Source: Candidatus Melainabacteria bacterium 17Bon1m | Lineage (GTDB): Bacteria; Cyanobacteriota; Vampirovibrionia; Obscuribacterales; Obscuribacteraceae | Direction: 5' to 3' | DNA: 64,000 nucleotides | NCBI GenBank assembly: GCA_032128875.1 | Contig: JAVLKG010000001.1 | Span: 32,001 to 96,000, forward strand | In this document: positions 49,911 to 60,496 of the stretch, piece after piece | Position numbering within the stretch: the stretch's first letter is position 1 | How the letters are laid out: each line of letters starts with the position of its first letter | Position numbers and translations under genes: made by a program | Notes under the pieces: generated by a model | What the model was told of the DNA's origin: nothing | The model's input: the letters and a program-made list of their open reading frames with translations, nothing else | The model's database searches: none

Positions 49911-50388
49911 AATAAACTCTCCTCTTCTAGGTAAGAAGCGGGGTGGGGGTAGCCCCTCTTATGTATTGCCTGACTGCCGTGCTCTGTTCTATACGCGGTC
50001 TGCCGAAATTGGACAGAGGCGCCCAAATTTGTTTGGTCAGACACCACTATTGATACCGCGGTAAATCGATTAATCGCCGGTTGTGATTACAACTATAGTG
50101 TTAGCCCGAACGGGTGAGTGGGTGAAACCAGCAATTAATCGGGGTTTTCAGAGCGTTCTATTGCTTTCTTTTTGATAACCAATCCCGCAATCGCTTGATG
50201 CACAAAGGAAGAAGGACGCACTTCTTCTATCCTATATATGGTATCTCGGTGGTAACACTGGCGAAAATGCTGGGTTTTCCCTGTATAGCAATATACGGAT
50301 CGCTATATCCACGGAGCAGGTGGTGGCACTAGGATAGTAATGTGGGCGTTGTTGGGTGTGAGTTACGAGTAAATGAGGTTCGGTTCAA

Positions 50389-50889
50389 ATGGAACAACGT
50401 AATGGAAAGGCTCAAGGCAAAGAGTCTGCCACCTCGTCTGCTCTAGGGAGTGAAGAGATGCGAACAAAACTTGCCATGGCTGTGAATCCTAATACACCTT
50501 CGAAAGTGCTTTCCGATTTGGCTGAAACAGCCCCGGAGTGCATTTTGGAACGCATTGCGGAAAATCCGCGGGCATCTGCTGATACCCTGTCCAGACTGGC
50601 AGCGCACTGCTGTGCTGCGGTGAGAGTAGCTGTTGCTGAAAATACTAATACTGTGCTAGACGTGCTGCTTGAGCTGGTTCAAGATGAAAGCGTCGACGTT
50701 CGTTATAGCATCGCTGAGAATCACAGCATGCCATTCGGCATTTTGGAAAGTTTGATCGATGATGAAAATCCTTATGTTTCCATGCGTGCGCGCAAGACTC
50801 TTGCTCGGCTGGTGGAAAACAATGTTCGCCATGGAAGATTCAAAATTGGCACCACTGAGGTCATCGAGCCAAAATTCCAAACCGGCTAA
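50389..50889 (+). CDS. LRV/HEAT-like repeat protein 3
   Basis: AVNPNTP, IAENPRA, VRVAVAEN, DENPYV; GAGG RBS. Confidence 0.88.
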   Translation: MEQRNGKAQGKESATSSALGSEEMRTKLAMAVNPNTPSKVLSDLAETAPECILERIAENPRASADTLSRLAAHCCAAVRVAVAENTNTVLDVLLELVQDESVDVRYSIAENHSMPFGILESLIDDENPYVSMRARKTLARLVENNVRHGRFKIGTTEVIEPKFQTG

Positions 50890-50919
50890 TACTTTTTGTC
50901 GGCTTGGATAATCAGCGTG

Positions 50920-50942
50920 GGGCGCATTGTATGCGCCCTTTT
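50920..50942 (+). terminator. REP-like hairpin or terminator between convergent genes
   Basis: GGGCGCAT-tgt-ATGCGCCC-TTTT. Confidence 0.6.
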
Positions 50943-50943
50943 A

Positions 50944-51645
50944 TTACTCATTCTTTGATCTAATTCTGCTGTCCGAAGTGATTTGACCGTCGCGCATGCG
51001 CACAATTCGTGAGGCGCGATTTGCCACTTCGCCGTCGTGTGTGACCAAAATTACCGTGATCCCCTGCTCCACGAGGTCGTCGAAGAGAGCCATAATTTCT
51101 TCGGCGGTGTGGCTGTCTAATGCTCCTGTCGGTTCATCCGCGAGCAGAATTCGCGGCTTGTTGACGATGGCGCGGGCAATAGAAACCCGCTGCTGCTGCC
51201 CACCGGAGAGTTGCGTTGGGCGGTGGTACATGCGTTGTTCTAGCCCGACTTGCTGGAGAGCAAATTGCGCACGAATGGTCCTTTGCTCTTTGTCGACGCC
51301 CGCATAAACCAGAGGAAGCATCACGTTTTCGATAGCAGTCATCGAAGACAATAAATTGAACTGTTGGAAAACAAAGCCAATCGTTGTGTTGCGAATCGCA
51401 GCTAATTCGTCATCACTCAAATTGAAAACATCTTTGTGATTGAGCAAATATCGACCTTCCGTCGGTCTGTCTAAACAGCCGATTAAATTCATCAGCGTCG
51501 ATTTGCCGGAGCCGGACGTGCCCATTATCGCAACATAATCACCGTCTTCGATCGAGAGTGTTAGCTGCTTTAATGCGTATAGCGGCTCTTCACCCATCTC
51601 GTAGACGCGGCTTATGTCGTGGAGTTCGACAACGTTGTTGGCCAT
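50944..51645 (-). CDS. ABC transporter ATP-binding protein (MacB/LolD-type)
   Basis: GTSGSGKS, LSGGQQQRV, ADEPTGALD. Confidence 0.96.
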   Translation of the reverse strand: MANNVVELHDISRVYEMGEEPLYALKQLTLSIEDGDYVAIMGTSGSGKSTLMNLIGCLDRPTEGRYLLNHKDVFNLSDDELAAIRNTTIGFVFQQFNLLSSMTAIENVMLPLVYAGVDKEQRTIRAQFALQQVGLEQRMYHRPTQLSGGQQQRVSIARAIVNKPRILLADEPTGALDSHTAEEIMALFDDLVEQGITVILVTHDGEVANRASRIVRMRDGQITSDSRIRSKNE

Positions 51646-52871
51646 TACTCTGTCCTCAGGGCGACGATCGGATCAAGCAACGCGGCTTTTCGTGCCGGAT
51701 AGATGCCGAAGAAGAGCCCGATGCCGAAGGAAACCGCGAAGGCCAGAAATACCGAATACGGTGTGACGATACAAGTCCAGTTGGCGAAGCGCCCAATCCA
51801 GTCAGAGCCAAGCATGCCCAGCGCGATGCCGAGTAACCCACCAGTGACGGAAAGAATTATTGCCTCGAGAACGAACTGCCAGAGTATGTCGCCAAATTTC
51901 GCGCCGATTGCTTTTCTGATTCCAATTTCTCTAGTGCGCTCAGTGACCGACACGAGCATGATATTCATGATGCCGATGCCGCCTACGACAAGCGAGATAC
52001 CGGCGGTGGCACCAAGCAGCAGTGAAAAAACGCCGGTTATAGACTGCGCGGTCTGCATGATGTCCATTTGAGTGCGAATCTGAAAATCGTCTTGGTCTGG
52101 CGATTTTATGCCATGGCGCAGGCGAAGGAGATTGGTAATTTGAAACTGCGCCTGTAAATCTTGTCCATCTTTTGCGCGGGCCAAAACCATTTTTACGGCT
52201 TGCCCGGTTACGGTGTTTAGGCCAAATAGAGTGCTGTAGCCGGTTGTAATCGGAATGAAAATCTGGTCGTCCATGTCGGTCATTTGGTTAGCGCCTTTTT
52301 TCTCCATGACGCCAATCACCTGGAAGAGTTCTCCCCTAATCAAGATCTGCTTGCCGATGGCGGATTCATCAGGGAAAAGGTCTTCTCTCACGGTATCGCC
52401 AATCGCACATACGCGCGTGGCGTCTTTCATATCATCAGCTGTGAAAAAACGCCCTCGAGCCGGGTGAAAATTGCGCACCTCAGGATACGCAGGCTCCGTG
52501 CCTAATACGGTGGTAGAGGTGTTGTATTCACCGTGTTGAACCTGGAAAGAACTTTGATATTGTGCAGCTACTTCGTCGACAGAAGGGCAAGTGTCCTTGA
52601 TTGCTTTTGCATCTTCATACGTCAAAGTGGGCGCCGTTCCTTGCCCTTGAGAGATGCTAGCGGTGCTCGCAGCGCCTGGACGTACATATATAAGATTTAC
52701 GCCCAGGGATTGAACTTGTTTTTCAGCTTCTTTCTTTGCGCCTTCGCCGATACCCATCAGCGTAATTACTGATGCTATGCCGATGACGATGCCCAGTACT
52801 GTGAGGCTGCTCCGCAGCTTATTGCTCAAAATACCTTGCCAGGCAATATTGATTAGCTCTCTAAACCCCAT
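51645..52871 (-). CDS. ABC transporter permease (MacB/FtsX-type)
   Basis: GGIGIMNIMLVSVTERTREIGIRKAIGA, GIYPARKAA. Confidence 0.96.
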   Translation of the reverse strand: MGFRELINIAWQGILSNKLRSSLTVLGIVIGIASVITLMGIGEGAKKEAEKQVQSLGVNLIYVRPGAASTASISQGQGTAPTLTYEDAKAIKDTCPSVDEVAAQYQSSFQVQHGEYNTSTTVLGTEPAYPEVRNFHPARGRFFTADDMKDATRVCAIGDTVREDLFPDESAIGKQILIRGELFQVIGVMEKKGANQMTDMDDQIFIPITTGYSTLFGLNTVTGQAVKMVLARAKDGQDLQAQFQITNLLRLRHGIKSPDQDDFQIRTQMDIMQTAQSITGVFSLLLGATAGISLVVGGIGIMNIMLVSVTERTREIGIRKAIGAKFGDILWQFVLEAIILSVTGGLLGIALGMLGSDWIGRFANWTCIVTPYSVFLAFAVSFGIGLFFGIYPARKAALLDPIVALRTE

Positions 52872-52888
52872 GCCGAGCGAGTCCTGTG

Positions 52889-54481
52889 CTAACGTCCGAA
52901 GCCGCGGGGAATCATGCCGCCGCCTGCTCCGCCGCGACCACCTCTGCCGCCCATTCCGCCGGGTCCGCCCATTCCGCCGCCGCGACCAAGATAGCCTTCT
53001 TTCTCGAGGTGTTCTTTAGACAAGCCTTTGAAAACGAAATCGCCTTCCTTCAATCCAGCCAGCACAACAATGTTTCTATCTACAGCCGCGCCGGTCTTAA
53101 CCTTCTTGAATTCAGGGTTTCCGTCTTTATCCGGAATGTAGACGCCTGTTTCTCCGCGGCGCGATACGACGCAAACGGCCGGTATCATGAGTGCGTCGTC
53201 TTGCTGTCCGACTAAGAACCCTGCACTGACGTTCATGCCGGAAAGCAGCTTATTGTCAGGGTCATCAATGATCTCGGCGTGTACTTCGAAAGTCGTCACG
53301 TTCATGGTCACGATTGCTGCCGGTGCAATTTGCGTCACTTTTCCATGGAAGGTTTTATCCGGGAAAGACGTTGCGACGATCTCAACCTCTTGTCCTATGC
53401 GGATCTTAGGCACATTCGCTTCAGAGACCTGCGCCACCATTTCTAGTCTTCCAGCAAGAGAGACGATAGAACTCGACGTAGCCGAGGTCGTGGCTGCGGA
53501 GGTTGTTGGCGTGACAATCGCACCTATGTCAGCGTACTTTTGCGTGATGATGCCGTCGAACGGAGCTTTGATACGCGTGTCATTGCGCAGGCTTTCCAAA
53601 TATTGCAGGTTGCCTTTTGACTGTTCGGATGAGTGATAAGCTGCTGAGATATCTTCTCTTCGGAATCCTGCTTGCATCAATTTGTATTGTTGCTCCAAAG
53701 CCTCGCTATCTGCCTGGCTCTGCGCTTTTGCTACTCGAGCCTGGGCGAGTTCGCGCTCAGCCGCATCGAGTTGAGCATGAGTTACTTGAGCTGCGGTCTC
53801 AGCATCGATACTTGTTTGCTCGGAAATTGCACCGCTCTTTGCCAGAAACGCTTGAGCCTTTGCAAATTGCTCGTTGCGCTTGAGCTGCGCCTTTAGCGCT
53901 TCCATTTGCGCGGACAATCTGCTGATGTTTTGTTCAGCATTGCGCACGCCTTCTCTGGCTCGCTGCTGCTGAAAGCGCGCTTGCAAAACTTCCTGCGGGC
54001 GATTGCCGTTTTTCATCTTATTGCTGTTGTCGACTGACGAGAGCCAAGCGCCGCGCGCCGCCTCGATTTGCCCAGCAAGGTTGCTGTCGTCCATCAACGC
54101 GATTACTTGTCCTTTCTTAACGCGGTCGCCTTGAGTTACATAGAGTTCTTTCAAAAGCCCGGTTTGCTTAGGGCTGATTTTGACTTCGCGAACCGGCTTT
54201 ATTAGTCCAGTTGCTATGACCTTCAAAGTGGCTGTGCCACGTTTTACCTGTGTCGCGTCTTTCTTCCATTCTTTATTTGTCTTCGGCGTCTGAGTGAAAA
54301 AGTAAGTGCCTGCGGCAGCAGCGACGACCACAACTGATGCGATTATCCAGATGCGTTTTTTGCCGCGTCTCTTCTTTGTAGCTTCCGGCCGTGCGCTTGT
54401 GGCGATATTCAATGATTCTGTTTCGCGACTTGCTTCGCGCGCTGCTTCTTTAGGATTCAAGAGCTGTTGCAACCAATTCAT
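52889..54481 (-). CDS. Periplasmic adaptor / membrane fusion protein (MacA/HlyD-like)
   Basis: TM anchor, VTQGDRVKKGQ, long coiled coil, IKAPFDG. Confidence 0.93.
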   Translation of the reverse strand: MNWLQQLLNPKEAAREASRETESLNIATSARPEATKKRRGKKRIWIIASVVVVAAAAGTYFFTQTPKTNKEWKKDATQVKRGTATLKVIATGLIKPVREVKISPKQTGLLKELYVTQGDRVKKGQVIALMDDSNLAGQIEAARGAWLSSVDNSNKMKNGNRPQEVLQARFQQQRAREGVRNAEQNISRLSAQMEALKAQLKRNEQFAKAQAFLAKSGAISEQTSIDAETAAQVTHAQLDAAERELAQARVAKAQSQADSEALEQQYKLMQAGFRREDISAAYHSSEQSKGNLQYLESLRNDTRIKAPFDGIITQKYADIGAIVTPTTSAATTSATSSSIVSLAGRLEMVAQVSEANVPKIRIGQEVEIVATSFPDKTFHGKVTQIAPAAIVTMNVTTFEVHAEIIDDPDNKLLSGMNVSAGFLVGQQDDALMIPAVCVVSRRGETGVYIPDKDGNPEFKKVKTGAAVDRNIVVLAGLKEGDFVFKGLSKEHLEKEGYLGRGGGMGGPGGMGGRGGRGGAGGGMIPRGFGR

Positions 54482-54540
54482 AGATGTAAACAGTAATGAT
54501 TAAATCGACGCAGTCCCGAAAAACATGTTCCGTACATATT

Positions 54541-56478
54541 CTAGTATTGCAAACTGCCCGCAGAACTAATTTTTGGCGGTTTTGTCGTCGTTAGCGCCCC
54601 CACCGAAATCATACCTGTATCTCGCAGAAGCTGAGCCTGCGAAATGTTGTAGGCGATAATCGCCTGAGCCTGTGAGGTCAAAGAGTTGATGTAGTCTCTC
54701 TGCGCTTGGATAAGCTCCAAGTTGATGCCCTGCCCGTAGCGCAGGCGCAGGTTGGCGAGGCGGAGCTGTTCGCTGGATGAAAAGACCGCTTCTCCGGCGA
54801 CGTCGACCTGTTCGGACGCCGTGAGCATATTGAGGTACGAGTTGTGGATTTCCTGGAGAACACTCAGAAGAGTCTGGTTCGACTGGAGCATTGCCTGGCG
54901 AGCTAGCGCTTTTGCGGAGAGTGTTCGCCCTACATCCACTACGCCCATTCCGTCCAAGTTCCAGCTCAAATCGAAGCCGCCGCTGAAGGATCTGCCGCCG
55001 TTTCCGCTAATGCCGATGCCGCCGCCGCCGCCACCGGTTGGGATGATGACGGTTGAGCCGGAAAGACCGGAGTTATTGCCACTGCCGCTGCCATTGCTGC
55101 TGACTGTGCTGTGAGTCTTTGATACGAAGAATTGGAATGTCGGGTAGAGCGGTGAGGCAGCGACTTGAACGTTGCGCCGAGCGGCAATTCTCAGCTCTTC
55201 AAACTGCTTTAGTTCTGGACGTCTCTTCGACGCAACCGAAACCAATTGATTTATGTTCCATTCTTGGTCGACCAACTTAGCTTCTACTGCTCGCAATTCT
55301 TCTGGATAGATGTTCGACGAAATATTTGCATTCATTGCGACCGCTAACTGAATCGCGGACTGACGAACAAGAACTTCCTGCTGGAGAAGCGCCTGTTTGT
55401 CGAGCGCCAACTGGGTTCGCGACTGATAGATCGCAAAATTGGTACCGACGCCTGCCTCTTTCAACTGCTCGTTGAGGGCCAGCTGCGCGCGCGACAATTC
55501 CACTGATTTCACGCGGATTTGCAGGAGCACATGGTTGAGGATCAGCTCGTTATAGCGACGATAGACCTCGAGCAATGTGTCATTCACAGTGGCTCTATAA
55601 CTGCTTTTCGCCGCTTTTGTTCTATTCAAATTTACGAGCGCATTGTAAAAAACACCTCCGCCCTGAAAGACCGGAAAACGCACCGTAGTTGAATCCGTGA
55701 AGGTATTTGTGATGGGCGGTCTTTGACTGTCGACCTGTTGGTAGCGGAAAGTCTGAGTGAAATCAGGTAAAAACTGACCAAGCGAGCTCACGAACAAATA
55801 CTTTTGCGAATCGAAGCCGGCGTCGGAGATGCGGATAGGAAGGCTGTTGTAGAGCGCGTAATTGAGGCAGTCTTTGAGTGGAACGATTTCATTGTAGGAA
55901 GCTTCGAGTCTGATCGCAGGCAGCTTCCGTTTACCGATCGGCAAAAGTTGTGACATCGGAACAGGGTCGAGTGTAACCTCTCGCGCCTTCTCCAGGTCCT
56001 GTCCTTGCAGCTGCGGATCGCTGGATACGCCCGTGAATGGGGCGCGCGGAGTTGGCGTCGGATACAAATCCTCGAGTTTCGTTCCGGCAGGAGGGTTCGT
56101 GAGGAAACCCGTAGGTGGCGGCGTAGAAGTCGGCGGTGCCGGAATGTCCTGCTGGGCACGCGCCGCGGGATCCGTCAGGGTTTTTTGCAGAGCCGGATCC
56201 GTTTGAACTTTATTCAGATAAGCGTCTTCTTGAGATTTTTGAATCGCCGGATCGACACCAGAATTTGGTCGAATCCATCGCGGCGACTGCGATTGGACCA
56301 AAAGCGGATTCACGCGTGATTTCAATAGTGCCGGGCTAGTCACAGTGGAGGGCTGACTGGCTGCCGAATTGGTTAGTCCGGCATTGGTGTCGGCCGCTCT
56401 TCCTTGAGGCGTTGCTCCAAGCAGGGCCAGGGTTGCCGCCGTCAGAATGAAAGGTGTCGTCCGCAGTGAAGTGGTCAT
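54541..56478 (-). CDS. TolC-family outer membrane efflux protein
   Basis: Signal peptide from ATG 56478; two OEP repeats (LRYGQGINLELIQAQ). Confidence 0.9.
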   Translation of the reverse strand: MTTSLRTTPFILTAATLALLGATPQGRAADTNAGLTNSAASQPSTVTSPALLKSRVNPLLVQSQSPRWIRPNSGVDPAIQKSQEDAYLNKVQTDPALQKTLTDPAARAQQDIPAPPTSTPPPTGFLTNPPAGTKLEDLYPTPTPRAPFTGVSSDPQLQGQDLEKAREVTLDPVPMSQLLPIGKRKLPAIRLEASYNEIVPLKDCLNYALYNSLPIRISDAGFDSQKYLFVSSLGQFLPDFTQTFRYQQVDSQRPPITNTFTDSTTVRFPVFQGGGVFYNALVNLNRTKAAKSSYRATVNDTLLEVYRRYNELILNHVLLQIRVKSVELSRAQLALNEQLKEAGVGTNFAIYQSRTQLALDKQALLQQEVLVRQSAIQLAVAMNANISSNIYPEELRAVEAKLVDQEWNINQLVSVASKRRPELKQFEELRIAARRNVQVAASPLYPTFQFFVSKTHSTVSSNGSGSGNNSGLSGSTVIIPTGGGGGGIGISGNGGRSFSGGFDLSWNLDGMGVVDVGRTLSAKALARQAMLQSNQTLLSVLQEIHNSYLNMLTASEQVDVAGEAVFSSSEQLRLANLRLRYGQGINLELIQAQRDYINSLTSQAQAIIAYNISQAQLLRDTGMISVGALTTTKPPKISSAGSLQY

Positions 56479-56797
56479 GTTTCCAGATGGGAGCCCAAGA
56501 CTTTGAATATCCTGACAAGTGCCAAGTTGTTCGAGCCCCACAAGATCCTAGCAGTGAAGCCGTAACAAAGACATGCAATCCTGAAATTCAGCCAGCTTTT
56601 TCTTGAAATGGGCGTGAGCTATGCAAATTCGGCGGTTTACGAATACTCCGACGTGCTTATGGCAGGGGCTGTTCCGCCTTGAATCTAAGTCTTCGTTAAG
56701 CATGTAGCTTCGCAGTTGCTTGTTGTCGAGAGGGTGAATTGGTTATGATCTCTGCAATAGCCCATAAGAGCACAGGATACTTAATTCCAAATTCACT

Positions 56798-57745
56798 ATG
56801 GCAACGCAGAATCGAGACATTCAAGGAATTCTTCAGGGACTTTTCAATTTCTCTGTCGCAAAGAAATTGCGCTGGTATTTGCTAGTCATTGCGGCCTGCT
56901 CGTCTATCATCGCAATCGTCTCACCGCAGTTGATTGAAGGCAAAAGAGTTATGGAGGCAAACTCCAGTCTTTTCGCCGGAATTATTCTCTCGATGTTGCT
57001 CGTCTTCCGTACCAACAGCGCATATGACAGATGGTGGGAAGGGCGACGCGCTTGGGGGCAACTGGTTAATGATTTGCGAAATCTTTCCATCAAGTACTAC
57101 GAGTTTGTTCGCCCTAATTTGCAAGAGCGCGAAATCTTTGCCGCTCTCCTGATTCGCTTTGCCGTGGGAATGAAGGATCACCTGCGCCTTCTCGATTCGT
57201 CGCACTCGCGAGCACCTGAATGCGACAATCCGGTGAGCGAGCATCCAATGCTAATAGTGGAAGAGATTTATGCCGTGCTCGATCAAAAACGGCGTGAAGG
57301 ACGGCTCAATGACCTGATGTTCAATGTGGTCGATCCACATGCGCGTGCTCTCCTCGATATTCTTGGAGCCTGTGAACGCATCGCGACCTCACCGATTACA
57401 GAGTCGCACAAGAGCATCATCTTGCATATCATCGTCACTTACTTGCTGTTCGTTTCCTTCGCTTTGGCTCCGGACTTCGGCATGTGGAGCGTGCCGGTCG
57501 TGCTCGTTGGTGCGTACATGGTGCTAGGTCTTGAGATTGTCGCTGAGGAGAAGGAGCATCCGTTCGGCACTGCTGAAGAGGATTTACCACTGGACAGAAT
57601 CTGCAACAACATTGAGCGCTCTGTCAACAAACTCCTTCTTTGTGACAGCCTGTTAGAGCGAGACATCGAATGGGGGCATACTGTCCGTGTTTTGCAAAAC
57701 TCTGATATTGAGCTGTTGCCCAAACAAGCAACGAGATCGGTTTAG
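56798..57745 (+). CDS. Bestrophin-family (YneE-like) ion channel
   Basis: LLVFRTNSAYDRWWEGRRAWG, CERIATSPI, EHPFG...DLPLD. Confidence 0.92.
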   Translation: MATQNRDIQGILQGLFNFSVAKKLRWYLLVIAACSSIIAIVSPQLIEGKRVMEANSSLFAGIILSMLLVFRTNSAYDRWWEGRRAWGQLVNDLRNLSIKYYEFVRPNLQEREIFAALLIRFAVGMKDHLRLLDSSHSRAPECDNPVSEHPMLIVEEIYAVLDQKRREGRLNDLMFNVVDPHARALLDILGACERIATSPITESHKSIILHIIVTYLLFVSFALAPDFGMWSVPVVLVGAYMVLGLEIVAEEKEHPFGTAEEDLPLDRICNNIERSVNKLLLCDSLLERDIEWGHTVRVLQNSDIELLPKQATRSV

Positions 57746-57762
57746 TTACGCGGGATAGAAAA

Positions 57763-58605
57763 TTGCAAGTAGTAGAAACACAAAAAAACGAAGTCCCAAG
57801 TATAAAAGTGAATGCAGTAGATAAGGTCTACTCCATTTGGTTTTTGACCTATTTCATTCTCTCCTCGATTTTTTTCAACGCCATTACTGCGCTGATAACG
57901 CTTGTCACGTTCCCCTTTGATAAACGAAGACGCCTTGTTCATATGGCGTCTTGTGTTTGGGGTTCACACTATCTGTATATGAACCCATTCTGGAAGTACA
58001 AGGTAGAAGGCGCTGAGCACATCGATCCAAACAAGACTTACATCATCATTGGAAATCACTCTTCGTACTTCGACATTCTTGTGTGTTATACGTTGTTCCG
58101 CTGTTTCAAGTTCGTATCGAAAGAAACCATTTTCAAGATTCCGCTGATTGGATGGAACATGTATTTGAATGAGTACGTGAAAATTCGGCGCGGCAATTTG
58201 TCGTCCATTAAAGAGATGATGGCAGTCTGCAAGAACTGGCTCAAAATGGACGCATCGGTCATGATGTTTCCCGAAGGAACGCGAACAGAAACAGGTGAAT
58301 TGCTGGCATTCCGCGCAGGTTCTTTCAACCTGTCGCTCGAACTTGGAGTGCCGATCGTTCCCATCGTGATCTACGGAACCTATGAGGTGTTTCCCAAAGG
58401 TCGCAACGTAGTCAAAATGCAGCAGACAATTCGAGCAAAAGTCTTGCCTCCACTAATGCCTGAAGACTATGCTGGTAAGCCTGGCAAGATGAAAGATGAC
58501 GCTTTCAAATTGATGAGCGACACATTGCACGAAATGCGTTCGCAATATCAAATCGGCACCACGGCCGGTGCTGAAGAGAAGCTGGTCGGAACGAAAAAAG
58601 ACTAG
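57763..58605 (+). CDS. 1-acyl-sn-glycerol-3-phosphate acyltransferase (PlsC family)
   Basis: NHSSYFD, FPEGTRT, VPIVPIVI. Confidence 0.92.
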   Translation: MQVVETQKNEVPSIKVNAVDKVYSIWFLTYFILSSIFFNAITALITLVTFPFDKRRRLVHMASCVWGSHYLYMNPFWKYKVEGAEHIDPNKTYIIIGNHSSYFDILVCYTLFRCFKFVSKETIFKIPLIGWNMYLNEYVKIRRGNLSSIKEMMAVCKNWLKMDASVMMFPEGTRTETGELLAFRAGSFNLSLELGVPIVPIVIYGTYEVFPKGRNVVKMQQTIRAKVLPPLMPEDYAGKPGKMKDDAFKLMSDTLHEMRSQYQIGTTAGAEEKLVGTKKD

Positions 58606-58626
58606 ACTCGAATCTGCTGTTTAAGT

Positions 58627-59763
58627 TTAATCTCTTTGCTGGCAGTTGCGGTAGACGCTGACGATAGCAGTTAGTGCATTCCGGTCACCAACTTTCTTGC
58701 CGAGCGTCATTGCGCGTTCAAGAACTTTCCTTGCTTCTCCATAATTGCCGTTGTTATACAGTGCAGCTCCGCAGTTGTAGTATGCCGCCATGAGATTGTC
58801 GGATGCAGGACTGTATGAGCTGTCCAGCCGCAAGATTTCATTCAATACGATAATCGCAGAGCCGCTGTCGCCGTTGGTGATGCAATTGGCTGAGGCTCTG
58901 CACAGCTCGTGGCACGTATTGCGCAGATCCAATCCTTTGGCTCGGACGCCGTCGATGATTTTCTTCGCCGCATAGACGACATTCATTGTTGTGCCGTCGC
59001 GCGCGGTCAAGCTTACGTTGGGATTCTCCGGCACTACTTCGGACATGTCACCAGGTTTTGTGTTCGGAATGAGAACGGTTTTGTACATCACATCCGCTCT
59101 TCTAACACTATGTCCGAGTCCGAGCGCGTGTCCAAGTTCGTGCATAGAAGCCCATCGCATCGCTTTCAAACCCAAGTGCCTCTTGTCGAAAGTCGTGAGC
59201 ATCGAAATCTTTGCGTGATCAATTCCTTCTCCGGGAATTACTTTCGGCCACGTCGCGCCGATTGCATTAGTGTGTGAGAGGTCCGGCGTTAGTTCCGTCG
59301 TCCAATTGACTTCGATATCCGAGTCCGTCTGTTGCTCAACAATCTGAAAGCAAATTCTATTTTCTGTTGCTTTCGCCCATTCGTCGCAGGCTGTTTTGAA
59401 TTCATCTACGTAGCGAGCGTCATATCCTGGCACTTCATCCGACGGATGAAAGTAGACCTTAAGAGGCATACGTTTGCTTTGCCAGGATTCCATGAATTCC
59501 ATGCCGGCGACGTAATTGTCTGTTGGACTTTGTAGCAGCCGGTCCGGTGCTCGCCGTGCCTGTTGTGGTCTGCGAGCTGCAGGCGCCGCGGTTGCGGTAA
59601 CAGTTGTGTTTAGAAGCGAAGAGCAAAAAACGATAAGTAGAACAGGGATTCCTGCGCAACTCAATGCAGAGGCGCGACCAGCGCACGAGCGTGCGGGCCA
59701 AAGTCTCGGGTTCATATTTGGTTTTTGTCCTGGCGAACTACTAAAAGGGCGTCCGCCACACAC
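58627..59763 (-). CDS. Exported matrixin-type (metzincin) metalloprotease with a C-terminal TPR (start uncertain)
   Basis: HELGHALGLGHS, Met-turn DVMY, TPR-like helices. Confidence 0.88.
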   Translation of the reverse strand: MCGGRPFSSSPGQKPNMNPRLWPARSCAGRASALSCAGIPVLLIVFCSSLLNTTVTATAAPAARRPQQARRAPDRLLQSPTDNYVAGMEFMESWQSKRMPLKVYFHPSDEVPGYDARYVDEFKTACDEWAKATENRICFQIVEQQTDSDIEVNWTTELTPDLSHTNAIGATWPKVIPGEGIDHAKISMLTTFDKRHLGLKAMRWASMHELGHALGLGHSVRRADVMYKTVLIPNTKPGDMSEVVPENPNVSLTARDGTTMNVVYAAKKIIDGVRAKGLDLRNTCHELCRASANCITNGDSGSAIIVLNEILRLDSSYSPASDNLMAAYYNCGAALYNNGNYGEARKVLERAMTLGKKVGDRNALTAIVSVYRNCQQRD

Positions 59764-59913
59764 TATTACTTTCGCGCGAGGTTTCCAATAGGGTTTTCCC
59801 TATCTCGCACATCAGAGTTCTGGGAGCTTTCGCGTTTAATCTTTGAGCCAAACTCTTGCCACATAAAAAGTTCAAGGTGACGGTGGAAACCCTTCTCTTT
59901 TTTGTGAGGAAAC

Positions 59914-60489
59914 ATGGCGGAAGCGGACTTTTGCGCATCCATTGCGCAGGCGACTCAACCCCAGGCGACAATTAGTAAATCATCTGCTGGAAAAGCCTTT
60001 CCTTCAGCGGCAGATGGCGCCTCTAGCTTCGTATATCTTGGAGAACTCGAACAGCTGGTCGGGCTGTGCGCCTGGTGGGCTTTTAAGACCTGGGGTAAGT
60101 ACAATCGGGCATACACTTTCACGAAGAGAATAGAGAGTTTCGCGCAGCACTGCAATCTCGACGAAATCCCATTCACTGTTTTGTACTTGAGTGAAGAAGG
60201 GTTGCCGCTCGGTATGGCGTCACTTCGGCCGAACGATGGCATTAGACCCGAGGTCGGTCCTTGGCTTGGAAGCGTGTATGTCGACCCGTCGGTTCGTCGT
60301 CTCGGCATCGGCGCGCAGCTTGTGAAAGAGATTGAGCGTAAAGCGAAGGAGATTGGATACGACAAAATCTACCTTCTTACCTACGAAGAAACGCTTCCGA
60401 ATTGGTATCTGAAGTTGGGTTGGAAAGAAGTCGGTGAAGACGTATGTCACGGCAATCCAGTCACCGTGATGGAAATCGATTTGAAATAA
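59914..60489 (+). CDS. GNAT family N-acetyltransferase
   Basis: PWLGSVYVDPSVRRLGIGAQLV, WYLKLGW. Confidence 0.9.
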   Translation: MAEADFCASIAQATQPQATISKSSAGKAFPSAADGASSFVYLGELEQLVGLCAWWAFKTWGKYNRAYTFTKRIESFAQHCNLDEIPFTVLYLSEEGLPLGMASLRPNDGIRPEVGPWLGSVYVDPSVRRLGIGAQLVKEIERKAKEIGYDKIYLLTYEETLPNWYLKLGWKEVGEDVCHGNPVTVMEIDLK

Positions 60490-60496
60490 ACCGCGA

